The notes under the pieces were generated by a model. The model was not told the DNA's origin. It did not search any database and saw nothing but the letters and a program-made list of their open reading frames with translations. The position numbers were made by a program, and so were the translations under genes. A stretch of 64,000 bases of DNA from Octopus sinensis (Eukaryota): the NCBI RefSeq assembly GCF_006345805.1, contig NW_021833022.1, positions 24,862 through 88,861 of the forward strand. The letters are read 5' to 3'. Below, in pieces: positions 51,856 to 64,000 of the stretch (position 1 is its first letter; each line of letters begins with the position of its first letter).

Positions 51856-51924
51856 ATGTCTGCAGAAGAGAAGCCATCAGAACTGCCAGCATCCTCCATG
51901 GCAAAGCATCATCAGCTGACGACG
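51856..51924 (+). CDS. GDPD gene B putative first coding exon ([23 protein letters not shown])
   Basis: Acceptor ttttatcag at 51793, in-frame upstream TAA at 51847, ACG|gtaaga donor, phase 0; no homology support. Confidence 0.55.
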
Positions 51925-53425
51925 GTAAGATGCCAATGAATATTTTGGATATTTGTAAACTTCTGTCTTTACTGAGATGTCATATTTTTCCCTTCTTACT
52001 TATGAATGTTACTTTTTGGTAATATTTCAGTTTTTCTTTTTTATCTTTTTAGAAGCTTCCTTTTCTATTTTGCTATTTTTGTATTGCTTTTCTTTTACTT
52101 TTTGTTCAGTTGAAACTTTTGTTTTCTTTTATTTTTGTTGGGGTATATTCTTGAATATTCTATAATTTTTCTTTTATAAACTCCAACGTCTGGCAACTGA
52201 CTTGGCAGACACCCATAAAATTATAAACCATCTTACTGACAATAACTCTGAGCACCTTTTCAAATTCCACCTGTCTAACACCTGTGGACATGTTTACAAA
52301 GTCAGAAAACAGCATAGCTCCAATGACTTTCGGAAACATTTTTTCACGCTAAGAGTTGCTGAAGTATGGAACAAACTGCTGGCATTAGTTGTTAGTTGTC
52401 AGAGCACTGCATCCTTCAAACCTTCCATGCTTCCTGAGATTCGCCAACACTACACCTGATTTTCTCCCCTCCATACAAACGCAAGCATGTATCTGATTCA
52501 TACACTGTTGACTTTTCAAACATTTGTACATTACTACATATGCTTTATAAACAATTTTGACAAGTTGTAGTACACTTGAGCACTGTATACAATAATTTCA
52601 TTATTATAATTATAATTATTATTATTATTATTAAATATAAGCATCATTCAAATTTCAGTCCTTATTTTATCATTATGTAACACGAGTTTTGAAGTTTGTA
52701 TAAGATCTTTATTCAGTATTTCCGTTAGGAGGCAATTAGTTTTAAACACCGTATTTTTTATAATAGTTTCATTTGTTAATGAAATTATGGAGTGAAGGTT
52801 TAAGCATAATCAAAATTCTATTGAAATTCTAATTTTTCAATGTAATAAAATTTGTAAAATATGCATTCATAATAGCCATTGTTTTGATACTCGTTAATAT
52901 TATACATACATAGAAAGATATATACATATATATATCTATAAAAACTTACTTGCTAATACAAATTTGGCGTGTGCTGTGTTCCATTGCATGATAAATGAAA
53001 AAAATATATAAACAAGTGGCATAACTTTATTTACATTTGATAGATATTTGTCCTCATCTTGTTTGTTGTTAACACAATGTTTTAACTGATACACCCTCCA
53101 GCCTTCATCAGGTGTCTTGGGGAAATTTTGAACCTAGGTTCTCATTCCTAAGGTATTTTTCGATGTTGTTGTTGTTATTGTTGTTTTTCTTGTCTTGTTT
53201 TTGTCTTTTATGTTGTGTCATGTAATTTTATGTAGCTTTACATTAGCCCTTGCGGCCAATAAAAGAGATATTAATAATATTTATTATTACTTTCATAGTT
53301 GTTATTGCATTGTTTTTATACAAGCTGTTCCTAGTCACACACACAGAGACAGCAAGTAACAGCTAGTTAGACATCTTACTGTAGGTATTATTTATGAGTG
53401 GCAATTATATATTGTAGAGAAAGGA

Positions 53426-53466
<41 letters not shown>

Positions 53467-56400
53467 CAGGCGGTGAGAATCGTTAGCACACTGGATGAAA
53501 TGCTTAGCGGTATTTCACCTGTTGCTATGTTCTGAGTTCAAATTCTGCCGAGGTTGGGTTCATTTTTAGTGTTCTCATTTGTGAGGGCAGTTGAGTTTAT
53601 TTCAGATATTTTCATTTTAAAAATCATCTCTGGCTAATTGTTGAGAGGATGTTAGTGTTGCCTTGGCAAAAAAGGTAGTATGGTGGACCCGTTTGAAAGG
53701 GCTAAAGACAAACACTTTCTTCTTTGGCCAAACTCTCATCAACTTTTTCAAGTTTCACTTGAAAAGGAAGTTGAGGGTGGAGAGGGAAGTTCTGCCTTGT
53801 AGTAAGTTTGTTGGAAGGTGGGTGAATATCGGAAGAATGTCCAGTGTGAAAGGACCAATTCTGAGCATGCACCTGTAAAATGAGAATCAAAGGAGTAGGG
53901 CTCTTGCCTTGTTGTTCAGGTACCCGTGGCTTTTGTGGGTTTTTCCACAAGGACCTTAAAATGCCTCCCCTATTGGGAGTTTTAATTTGTTCAATTTTTA
54001 TTGTTATTACATTGTGTATATATGGAAAACCCATTGAATCGTCTTTTTTTTGTCTTTTATGTCGTTGTATGTCAATTAATATTTTGTATGTGAGCCCTTG
54101 TGGCTAGTAAAAGAGTAAATCGTTGTCGTCATCGTCATTGTTGTTGTTGTTATTATTATTATAAAGATGGTAAAGTGGCAGAATCGTTTGCATGCTGAAC
54201 AAAATGCTTAGTGGCATTTTGTCTGCCTTCATGTCCTGAGTTAATATTCTGCTGAGGTCAGTTTTGTCTTTTACCTTTTTAAGGTTGATAAAATAAATGC
54301 CAGTTGAGTACTGGGAAGTCTATATAATCAACTAGCCCTCCACCCAAATTTCAGACTCACTCTTCTATTAATTTTTTATCCATTTGAATTTCAAAATTCT
54401 CTCCCTTACTCTTCTTGATAAGATTTGTCATTACTGTTAAGGACATTCTTCTCAAATATTCTTTTTTGCTCACTACAGTGTGATAACTTTTATCTATTAA
54501 CTTTATGCTTTTTTCAGTTAAATTTTACTTGATATAAGAAAGTAATTTTCTCCCTATACTTCCCTTTGTCCTGCAGCCAAAAACATACGGATTGCTCTCT
54601 TGATAATTCTGTCAATCCTTCAAAGCAAAAGTTTATTCTTGATTAGTTTTGTCTTAGCAGAATTAGAAGAAGGGTAGCCAAAATGCTGTATGATATTCAG
54701 TTGCATCTCTATACTTTCGGTGCTCAAATTTTACTGAGGCTAACTTTGTCTTTCTTTCTTTCAGGTTTTATAAAATAAACTAGCAGATAAGTACTGCAGT
54801 TGATTTAAGTGATGATAACCTTTCCTCCAAAATATGAGGCCTTCTGTCAATGTTAGAAATGAATATATTATAAAATCAATAGAATGAAATGCCTTGTAGT
54901 AATTATTATATTTACCCATATAATTTGCACTATTTTATACTAGAAAACCTAGGGTCCTATTTATATGAGGGGCAAAGCTAAAACTAATACTCTATGCAAC
55001 CTTTGTACCAAGGTTTAACACAAAATTAGGGGTGCAATTTGCACACATGTAAGTAACATAGTTATGCTTCTTTACATTTTGAGCCTAAATCTCACTGAGA
55101 GTAAATATGTCTTTCATCATTCAGGATTTGATAAAACAATTTCCTTACAACCACTGGGGTTGAAATGATGGTCTGTTCCTTCCTCCAAAATGTGTGGCCA
55201 TGTGCCTGTTATAAATCAATATAATAAAATCAATTTTCTTTCCTTCTGAAATGATTTACATTTGTTGTTGTTGTTGTTTAGAAGAAAGTTATCCCATGCA
55301 TGTTATTAGTTCCTGCCTATGATTTTTAAAAATATTTTAATATAATTAATTTAATATTGTTTCTGTAATTGTTTTATTGTAAAGAGTAAAATTTCAGTCA
55401 GCTTCCAATTTTGTGCTGTTACCATTCATTTAAGTACTAATCACAATGTTATTATTTTGTCTTTGTTGCAGAAAGACTTAATCATACTAGTAATTCTCCT
55501 GATTACTTTTATTTATATGACTTTCTACTTGTACTTCTGGCTTGTGCTTGATAATTATTCAGATGATTTTAATTGGTGAGTATCAAATTTGTTTCCAATT
55601 ATATTAGAGGAAGTGTGTGTGTGTGTGTGTGTATGATAGGCTTCTTTCAGTTTCCACCCTAAGCTATAGTAGAAGATACTTGTCCAAGGTGTCACACAGT
55701 AAGACTGAACCCGGAACCATGATGTTGGGAAGCAAGCTTTGTACCACACAGCCATGCCTGCCTCTCTATATGTGCTTGTGCGTGTGCATGCGCGCATGCA
55801 CACATGTGTGTGTTGTTGAAGCAAGTGCCTAGCATTGAGAAAGCTCAACAAAGATGAAATGTGTTTGTAGTTCTGGTGAGTCACTGCAGTGATGATATTC
55901 ATCTCAGTCCTATATAAGTTGTGATTTTAATGCAATAATTCATACCTTCTAACAGTGTATATACATTTTGTATGATACACAGATGGCAATTTTAATGTAC
56001 TTTTTTAATATATATTTAGATATCTAATATATTTTATATATTTCTTGTTTTAGTTTTGAAAGACTGATTTAAAATTGGAGCACTGAATATGCTAACCATT
56101 AAGCCACATGCCTCAGTGTTTGGTCCTTACCATGATCATTATCAATGACATGATAACAACATAATGTATGCTTGTTGATGTAAACCCACCAAGATCAATA
56201 AAAGGTCTTTATTTCACTTCATAAATAGTAAACTTACCTTTTACCAATTTCAGTCATTGGACTGTGGCTATTCTGGAGCACCAGCTTGAAGAGTTTGCTT
56301 CTCATTACTTGTTTTTTTAATCTGGTACTTATTCTGTTGGTCTTTTTTGCCAAACTGCTACATTAAAGAGTCCTGTATGAGAACAACAACAAAAAATAAG

Positions 56401-59400
56401 TATGAATATAACCACTATTGTCAACAATATTATGATGATGAAGCACTACATTAAATACCCTTCAGTATTTAATTTTGTCCATCTGTGGATATTAATTTTG
56501 ACTTTTATCCCAAGTGAAATATAATAATTTTTGCAGAATTCTCAGCATTATACAATTGTCAGGGCTCATCATCATTTTCCCAATTTTTCCTTTTCTTTTT
56601 CCTCTTTATTGATATTATCATCATCATCATCATCATCATCATCATTTAAGGTCCATGTTCCTGGGCAGTATGTCAGAATCTGATTGGTCCAAGGACTGCA
56701 TTGTGCTCCAATATTTGCTTAGCTTGACTTTTATAGCTGGATGCCCTTCCTAAAACCAACCACTTTACAGCATGTACTGGATGCTTTTTACATGTCACCA
56801 GCTTTATTGGGGTCATCATGCAGCTTGCAAGACTATGAACCCTGGGGGATGGGAGAGTGGTTTTATATTAGGAGATAAAGGGTTAAAGTATGAGAGGGTG
56901 TGCAGAGCAGTTTCTTGTTTTGAATGAACTATACTGGTCGTTGCCAGTGCTGCTGGACTGGCTCCTGTGCAGGTGGCATGTAAAAAACACCATTTGAGCG
57001 TGGCCGTTGCCAGTACCACCTGACTGGCTCTCGTGCCAGTGGCATGTAAAAGCACCCACTACACTCTCAGAATGGTTGGTGTTAGGAAGGGCATCCAGCT
57101 GGATTACAACAAAAAACAATTTGAAGTACAGATCAAAAGAATAGATCATATTTCTATATTTTCTGAGCTAAACTCACAAGGGAAACTTACACATCTGATA
57201 TTGTTTAAGGAAATGTAAATTAGGCTGAAATATTTCAAAATATAAATTTACTCCTCAGAAAATATTTTTGATTTCTATATTAGGTGCAGACATGTGTTTT
57301 AGGTTCAGTCCTACCGTGCAGCACCTTGGGCAAGTGCCTATAGCTCTGAGCCAACCAAAACCTTGTGAGTGGATTTGGTTGACAGAAACTGAAAGAAGCC
57401 CACCATATGTGTGTGTGTACCCTTGTTAAGCATCACCATTGCACAATGTTGTTTATTTCCAGTCTTCTATGGAATAACATGTCTGGCTGTAGGAAATATT
57501 ACCTAGCCTAGAAACAGGTGAGAGCTAGCCACAGGAAGGGCATCTGTCTGTAGAAAATCTGTCTCAACAAATTCTGTTTGACCCATCCAAGCACACTAAT
57601 AACTGTAACCATTTCATCCCTACTAGGACATTGGCTCTCTGGATTTGTTTCTCTTCTCATTGACTTACAAAGGTTCAAAAGAAACATTAACAGTATTAGT
57701 TTCATTGCTATAAAACAGTGGTTATCAAGCATTTTTTATCTATAGACCCTTTTCATTCCTATTTTATTCAGATGGGCCCTCATAATCATTTGAAGTTTTA
57801 AAAATCTTATATTTTTATAATTAAATAATATTAAGAATTATATTTAAAAATTGTTGAAATATTTTGTTTATTGTAGAAGTATAATCTATTTATTACACAT
57901 AATTTTAGCAACAAAATCTTATGTAGACCCCCCAAGGGTCATGTGGACCCCACTTGAGTACCACTGATCTATAATAGAAGGACCTGTGAAGGCCAGGGAC
58001 ACTGCCCTTTCCACCACACTCAACAATTAAAAACACAAACAAAAGCCAAAACAAAACAAACCACAAGATTATTTTCATTTCTAGTCCCACCCATGCTAGC
58101 ATGGAACATGGACGTTAAATGGTGATGATAATGATGATTTAATAAGTTTTCATTTATTGCTTTTCCAGGTATTTTACAGTAAAGTTTAAACTGAAATATT
58201 TACCATGGTATACAATGATACTGTGCAGAATAGGGATTGGGTCTGGGTATCTTGCAATTTTAGTGGTAAGTTGCTTTCACTTTTACATTATTTTTCCAGT
58301 TCACAGAAATAACAACAAAAAAATATAATTTAGCTATGTTAGATCACTGGATTTAGAGTACATGATACAACATTTTTACTCATGATATATCTATGTATGT
58401 TTCCTTCAGTTTGTGTTTAATTTTTAGTTTTATTTTGTGTACTGCATTATAATGAACTGTAATGACTCCTTGCTGTAGATGTATGGTCAATTGATGAGAA
58501 AGGGTTGTAATGTAACAATTTGTGTAATGAAGTTTACAATGTAAACGTCTACTTACCAGACCAAATGTGAAAATGTAAATACATCTTTAACCATAATGAA
58601 CATTAAAGGGCTGATGCATATTGCCAGCTTTATGATATTAAACAGACAATAGAGAAATCTTCTGTCCTGGATAAGTAACATTTCTAGATAATTTGATATC
58701 TATTCCCAACATATAAATGAACTTTGATAATGTACAATAAAACATTCTATTCTGAAACACGGCAAAAACACTTGAAACAGACTTATGATGAAACAGACAA
58801 CAGAGAAATCTTCTCTCCTGGATAAGTAACATTTCTAGATAATTTGGTATCTATTCCCAACATCTAAATGAACTTTGATAATGACCAATAAAACATTCTA
58901 CTCTGAAACACTGCAAAACCTCTTGAAACAGACTCAACCCACTCATAGCTCATGTCATGTACACACTGCCATTTCACTTCTATAAGTACCAGAGGAGAAG
59001 TCATAGAACTAATACAGTCAACCTTAGTATAGTACTAGTACTTAGTAGTTTCTACTTGCATTTAAGTGAACTGGGCATTTCAGAGTTAAGTCTCTCTGTC
59101 AGCCATGCAGCACATTGTTAATGATTGTTTATGGACTACTGTCATTTTTTGTTGAGGTAAATTATATGTAGCTGGATGCTTTTGCAATCACCAACCCTCA
59201 ACTGTATCAAAGCAAGGTAAAATTTCCTTTAATTCTTCAAACAACATATGGACTGGACATGTTTTCATAGAAGATTGCAAACTAATGATATCACTTGTAT
59301 GATGATGATGATGTTTGTGGCCAACAATTTGCCCACAAAGCTTTGGTCAGCTCAGAACTATAGTTGGAGAACGCTGACCTGAAGTGCCATGAAACCAAAA

Positions 59401-61604
59401 TCACATGGTTGGGAAGTGAACTTCTCAATCATATCGCCATGAAAATAAATACACACACAAACATGTGTGTGTGTAACCACATGTCCCAGTTGTTATGGTG
59501 TTGTACACGATTGCAAAATTGTGATTTTGATTCTTGGACCAGTGGTGCATTGTGTTCTTGAGCAAAACACATCATTTCATGTTGCTCCAGTCCACTCAGC
59601 TGTAAATGTGTAATCCTGCAGTGGACTAGTGTCCCATTCAGGTGGAATGTTGGCTTGCCCACCTGGCCAGTGGGGTGGCATCATTCGTAAGCTACAACAG
59701 TCCAAGGAAGCACATTGTAATCAACAATGTATAACAAAATCCAACATTCATGTCATTACAGTGATTATACACACACACACACACACACTTTATTTGTAGG
59801 TTAACAAGGCTGCCAGTGAAGAGATTTTCACAGTTGTTAAAGTGAACCACATGGAAGTGTTGGTACTTATCTCCATTTTGGAACAAATATGAGGATCTCT
59901 TCACATGAAACAATTGGTATCTTTGTTAACTCATAAATGAAAAAAATTCATCCACCAACGCATGGTTGAGCACTCATTCTCAATATTCAATATAAGCATA
60001 GGAGTCTCTGGGATGACAGGGGACTGAGACTCCTGGAGGTTTGCTGTGCTTGAGAAGACACATCAAGCTAAGCAAAATTGTGGCTGTCCTTGCATACAGG
60101 TATGAATGCTGCATCCCTCTCTAGCTGTACATTCCTAGTCATATAGGCTTATAGGTGCTAGTCCCATGTAAAAAGCACCTATACTGGTACTATGTAAATG
60201 CACTTGTGCTGGAGCTACATAAAAGCACTCCAAACACTCTATAAAGTGATTGGCATTAGGAAGGATATCTAGCTGTAAGAAACCATGACAAAATAGCCTT
60301 GGAGCCTTGTGCAGCTCTTCAGCTGGCCAGCTCCTATCAAACGGTCCTACACATGCCAGCATGGAAAACGGATGTTAAATGATGATAATGAAATATATAT
60401 ATATGTTCTGTGCAGCCAATACAAGCATGGAAAAGATGTACAAATGCACAAATTTTATTGTTCAAACTAATTAAAAATACAAAACAAAATGAAAAAGTTT
60501 TATCGCTAGAGATGGAATTATTTTTAATCTCAGTGTAGCGATGTGTTTTATTTTTATGAATCTTGTTCACAACCTTCTTCCAAATGTGTTTTAATATCAT
60601 GGAGAAGGAAGAAAGATAGACCATTGTTTATTGTAATGCTATGACTTTTTATGATCTCAATATACAGTCAAGTCCAAGGTCAGATCAAGATAGAAATTCA
60701 TTTATACAGTGGTTACAGTCATAGCATTTTTTAAATTCAGTATCTTTACCTAAACCTAGGCCTTGAAGATTATTAAATTGTCTTTGTTACAAGTTGAAGT
60801 TCTCATAATTTTCAGCAACATTACTTTCCTCTTAGAGGCTAATATGAAGTAAATGTATTGCTGTCTTTGTATGTTATGACAGCAGAATGTGACAAAACTT
60901 GCCTCTGTAAACAATGCTTTCAAATAGATATATGTTATCAAATATTTATTGTGCCAACATTGCATAGCAACAAGATATAGACTATATAATCAGCTGCTGC
61001 TTCAAAGTGTCAGAAGGATGTTATCTTTCCCATAAAACATGATGTTATTACAAAAGACAGTATATATAATATACAATATACAATGTTAATTCATCCAGAA
61101 GAACTGGTTTGGTTAGAAGTGACTATCATCTCGCAATAATATAAAATACATTGATACTTTTAAACAAATGAAATATTGATGAAACAATAAGCTGGTTGAT
61201 CATGTTTTATATCTTTCACTTGCAATGACACGTCATTATTCGGGGGGGGGGGGGGTATAAAGCCATGATCTTACTGTAGTGTTTTAAAATATCAAACAGC
61301 GAAAAAAGATGGTACTCTCTTTAGTTGCTTCTTAACATTATTACCTATTTGTTTTTAATGATGATTCAGACATTTGAAGAGTATAAAAAGGGTATTTATA
61401 ACATTTATTTTGAGGTTAGATATTTGAAGCAGAAATTTGAAACAGAAGTGACAAAGAGGTCCATTGGTTGGGTACAAACCACATATGTATTTTTTGGTAA
61501 ATGATATATGATGGCTATGCTACATCTAGCAAGTTGAGTGACCATGTATAGGTTCCCTCTTTGGTTTGTAACAGATATACAAGTGTGTGTGTGTGTGTGT
61601 ACAT

Positions 61605-61639
<35 letters not shown>

Positions 61640-62464
61640 TACATACATATATATATATATATATAAAGTGAGATTGCAGCCATGGCCAGTGCCAGTGTTG
61701 CATGTCTGGCCCATTTGAAAAGTACGCTTGATGCGTCAGGTGATATGATATGCTTGAGAAAACCTGTTGAGTCAAGTAAAATGAAAATCGTAGCTGTGGC
61801 CAGTGGCCCCTGACTGGCTCCCATTTCAGTGGCATGCAAAATTCATCATCCACACATGGTAGATGCCAGTGCACCCTGACTGTCTCCCATGCCAGTAGCA
61901 CATAAAAAGTACAATCTGAATGTGGTCGATGCTAGTGTCCCCTGACCTACTCCCATGCTGGTGGCTTGTAGAAAGTACCATCTGAACATGGCTGATGCCA
62001 GTGCCCCCTGACTGGCTCCCATGCTGGCAGTACGTAAAAAGCACTATCCAAACAGGATTGATACCAGGCCTGCCTAACTGGCTCCTGTACTAGTGGCATG
62101 TAGAAAGCACCCACTACACTCTTGGAGTGGTTGGCATTTGGAAGGGCATCCACCTATAGAAACATTGCTACATTAGATTGGAGCCTGGTGCAGCCATTGG
62201 ATTTCCAGACCTCAATCAAACTGTCAAACCCATGCCAGCATGGAAAACGGACGTTATACGATGATGATGATGATGATGATAATTGGAGGTAAAAGAAATA
62301 TTTATAACAATATATTGATTCATTGTATGTCAACAGGAAGATCTGCATTGATATTGACATCATCTAAAATATTTAACAGTGTAAAGTCTATGTATGAGAA
62401 GAAATGTCATGATGCATCAGTTTTTTCCTGATTCACACTGAATTCTAAAGTGCTTGTAATATTG

Positions 62465-62539
<75 letters not shown>

Positions 62540-62575
62540 TGTGTGTTTGCATGGAGATTGTGTGTATGTGTATAC

Positions 62576-62639
<64 letters not shown>

Positions 62640-63172
62640 CACTGGAGCAAGCACATAATGTGAAATAAGGCGGAAAAAAGAGTACTCAAATACCAGAGGT
62701 AGAGTATATGCTTTATTTAAATAAAGTATATATATATATATATATTATATATGGACATGTCTGTGTACTTAAGAAGTTCACTTCCTAACTATATGGTTCA
62801 GGTTCAGCTACTCTGTGTGGCAGCAAATTAAGGACCCTAATACCAAACAGATCTCATTAAGTTGTCATTTGGAATTATGCACGAATAAATTATTTTTTAA
62901 TTCCTCCATTTTATAAACTTTATGATTATAATTCCCCTTTAATCCATTTTTACCTCATGCTGTAACTTAAGATTATTTCAATGCTTCCATCCATTTTATG
63001 CTATCATTAACAGGGTCTATCAATATATCGTATTTCTATGGGACATGAAGTACATATACATCCATTCCATGTAGTGATGATAATCATCAATTTTTTGAGT
63101 TGCATTGGCTACACAATTGCCTTGAATACTTTCTGGCCATCTGTGTGGGCAATGCTGAAACTATCATTTCAA
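51856..63172 (+). CDS. GDPD5/GDE2-family gene B, N-terminal transmembrane part (4 coding exons; continues past window)
   Basis: Exons 51856-51924, 55472-55575, 58169-58265 and 63014-63172 are phase-compatible. Translation includes [34 protein letters not shown] and [13 protein letters not shown], matching GDPD5 WLYFWWEVHNDYDEFNWYL, HIAVGQQMNLHWLH and WEDEWEVLLISLQ. Confidence 0.85.
52195..52630 (+). mobile_element. 5'-truncated CR1/L2-type LINE 3' end with (ATT)n tail
   Basis: [11 protein letters not shown]...[19 protein letters not shown] matches the CR1 C-terminal signature. Confidence 0.8.
53040..53170 (-). mobile_element. Penelope-like element terminal fragment containing a degenerate hammerhead (53071-53116)
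   Basis: Minus strand reads GACAC CUGAUGA A GGCUG-GAGGGUGUAU-CAGUU AAAAC AUU GUGUU. Confidence 0.55.
53600..54160 (+). mobile_element. L1/Tx1-type LINE 3' end
   Basis: ORF 53663..53878 AKKVVWWTR...VEREVL...FVGRWV resembles Tx1 ORF2 C-termini and is followed by a U-rich 3'UTR and a (GTT)/(ATT) tail. Confidence 0.6.
55472..55575 (+). CDS. GDPD gene B exon ([35 protein letters not shown])
   Basis: tttgttgcag acceptor, TG|gtgagt donor; first TM helix plus the DDFNW motif. Confidence 0.9.
58169..58265 (+). CDS. GDPD gene B exon ([32 protein letters not shown])
   Basis: cttttccag acceptor, GTG|gtaagt donor; 97 nt, phase 2 to 0. Confidence 0.85.
58630..58933 (+). repeat. Direct tandem duplication, two copies with a period of about 151 bp
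   Basis: AAACAGACAA.AGAGAAATCTTCT.TCCTGGATAAGTAACATTTCTAGATAATTTG starts at 58640 and at 58791. Confidence 0.9.
61680..62270 (-). mobile_element. SINE-like element (GGATGCCCTTCCTAACGCCAACCAC family) with internal tandem subrepeats
   Basis: Repeated TGCCAGTGCCCCCTGACTGGCTCCC units; related copies at about 4030-4120, 8525-8940, 56640-57110 and 60100-60380. Confidence 0.7.
62464..62637. repeat. (GT)n/(TA)n microsatellite cluster
   Basis: Directly visible; it explains spurious ORFs 62417-62689. Confidence 0.95.
63014..63172 (+). CDS. GDPD gene B exon ([25 protein letters not shown]...[13 protein letters not shown])
   Basis: cattaacag acceptor, CAA|gtaagt donor; 159 nt, open frame, phase 0/0. 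Confidence 0.88.
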
Positions 63173-64000
63173 GTAAGTCTCTGTTATATTTGAAACATTT
63201 TCCTCCAAATTTTGTCAATGATTAGAAAATGTGTAATAGAAAACATTAAGCAATGTTATTTTCTTGTGACTATTATTAGTCTCTTTCAGAATTACATTCT
63301 TATAGCCTTGGGTTGACCAAAGCCTTGTGAGTGAATTTAGTAGATGGAACCTGAAAGAAACCCATCATGCATGCATGCGTGTGTGTGTCTGTTTGTCCAC
63401 CACTACCACCTGACATTCAGTGTTGGTGTGTTTATGTGTATCTGTAACTTAACACTTTGGCATAAAACACTGATACAATAAGTATCACACTTAAAAAAGA
63501 AAATAAAGAATATACTGGAGTTGATTCACTCAACTAAAATACTTTAAGGTAGTTGCCCAGTATGGCTACATTCTACTGAGTGGAATTAGTAATTGAAAAA
63601 AGATAATATGTCTGTGTTTATCATAATTTCTCCTACTATTGCTCTGTATATCATTACTAGTTATACTACTCAGTATTGTAGCAGTTTAACCATTATACTG
63701 GAAGCAAACTGGATGATGTTAAAGTACATAGAGCTCTAAACCCAACAGTAGAAGTCATACTTCTGTTTGTACAGGCAGCAAATTGGCAAAATTGTTTCAG
63801 TGTTAGATAGAATGCCTCATGGTATATATTCCAGTTCAAATCCCAGTGAAGTCAACTTTTGAGTGATTGATTAGTTTAAGTGTTAGAGTATTGAACTAAA
63901 TGCCTTGCAGTATCAGTTCTGGATTTGTGCATTCTGAGTTGAAATTTTCATTGTTCCTATTGTCACTATGTTCCACAAAAAAGGTGATACTTCTGTCAGG

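Overview
AT-rich, microsatellite- and SINE-dense eukaryotic genomic DNA. It is most likely from an octopus or other cephalopod; this is an inference from the repeat families and histone sequences. On the + strand, the last seven coding exons of a membrane-type glycerophosphodiester phosphodiesterase (GDE2/GDPD5-family) occupy 1045-16820, and the first four coding exons of a GDPD5-family gene occupy 51856-63172 and continue past the window. All exons were rebuilt by hand with consistent GT-AG phases. Between them lies one intact, H1-less quartet of replication-dependent histone genes arranged as two divergent pairs (H4<-/->H3, H2A<-/->H2B), each with a 3' stem-loop. The quartet sits in a CpG-retaining intergenic zone full of foldback/MITE elements, and an OTU-domain Helitron relic lies next to it. 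The rest is decayed transposons (RTE, CR1, L1/Tx1, mariner, Tc1, piggyBac, Penelope-type ends) and SINEs. The most notable observations are the solitary histone quartet between apparent tandem GDPD paralogs, two fossil minimal hammerhead ribozymes in introns, a duplicated H4 3' end, a 39-bp direct repeat bracketing the H2A-H2B pair, and an 8-bp-TSD palindromic transposon family. Most ORFs in the supplied track are spurious. Boundaries of decayed repeats are approximate.
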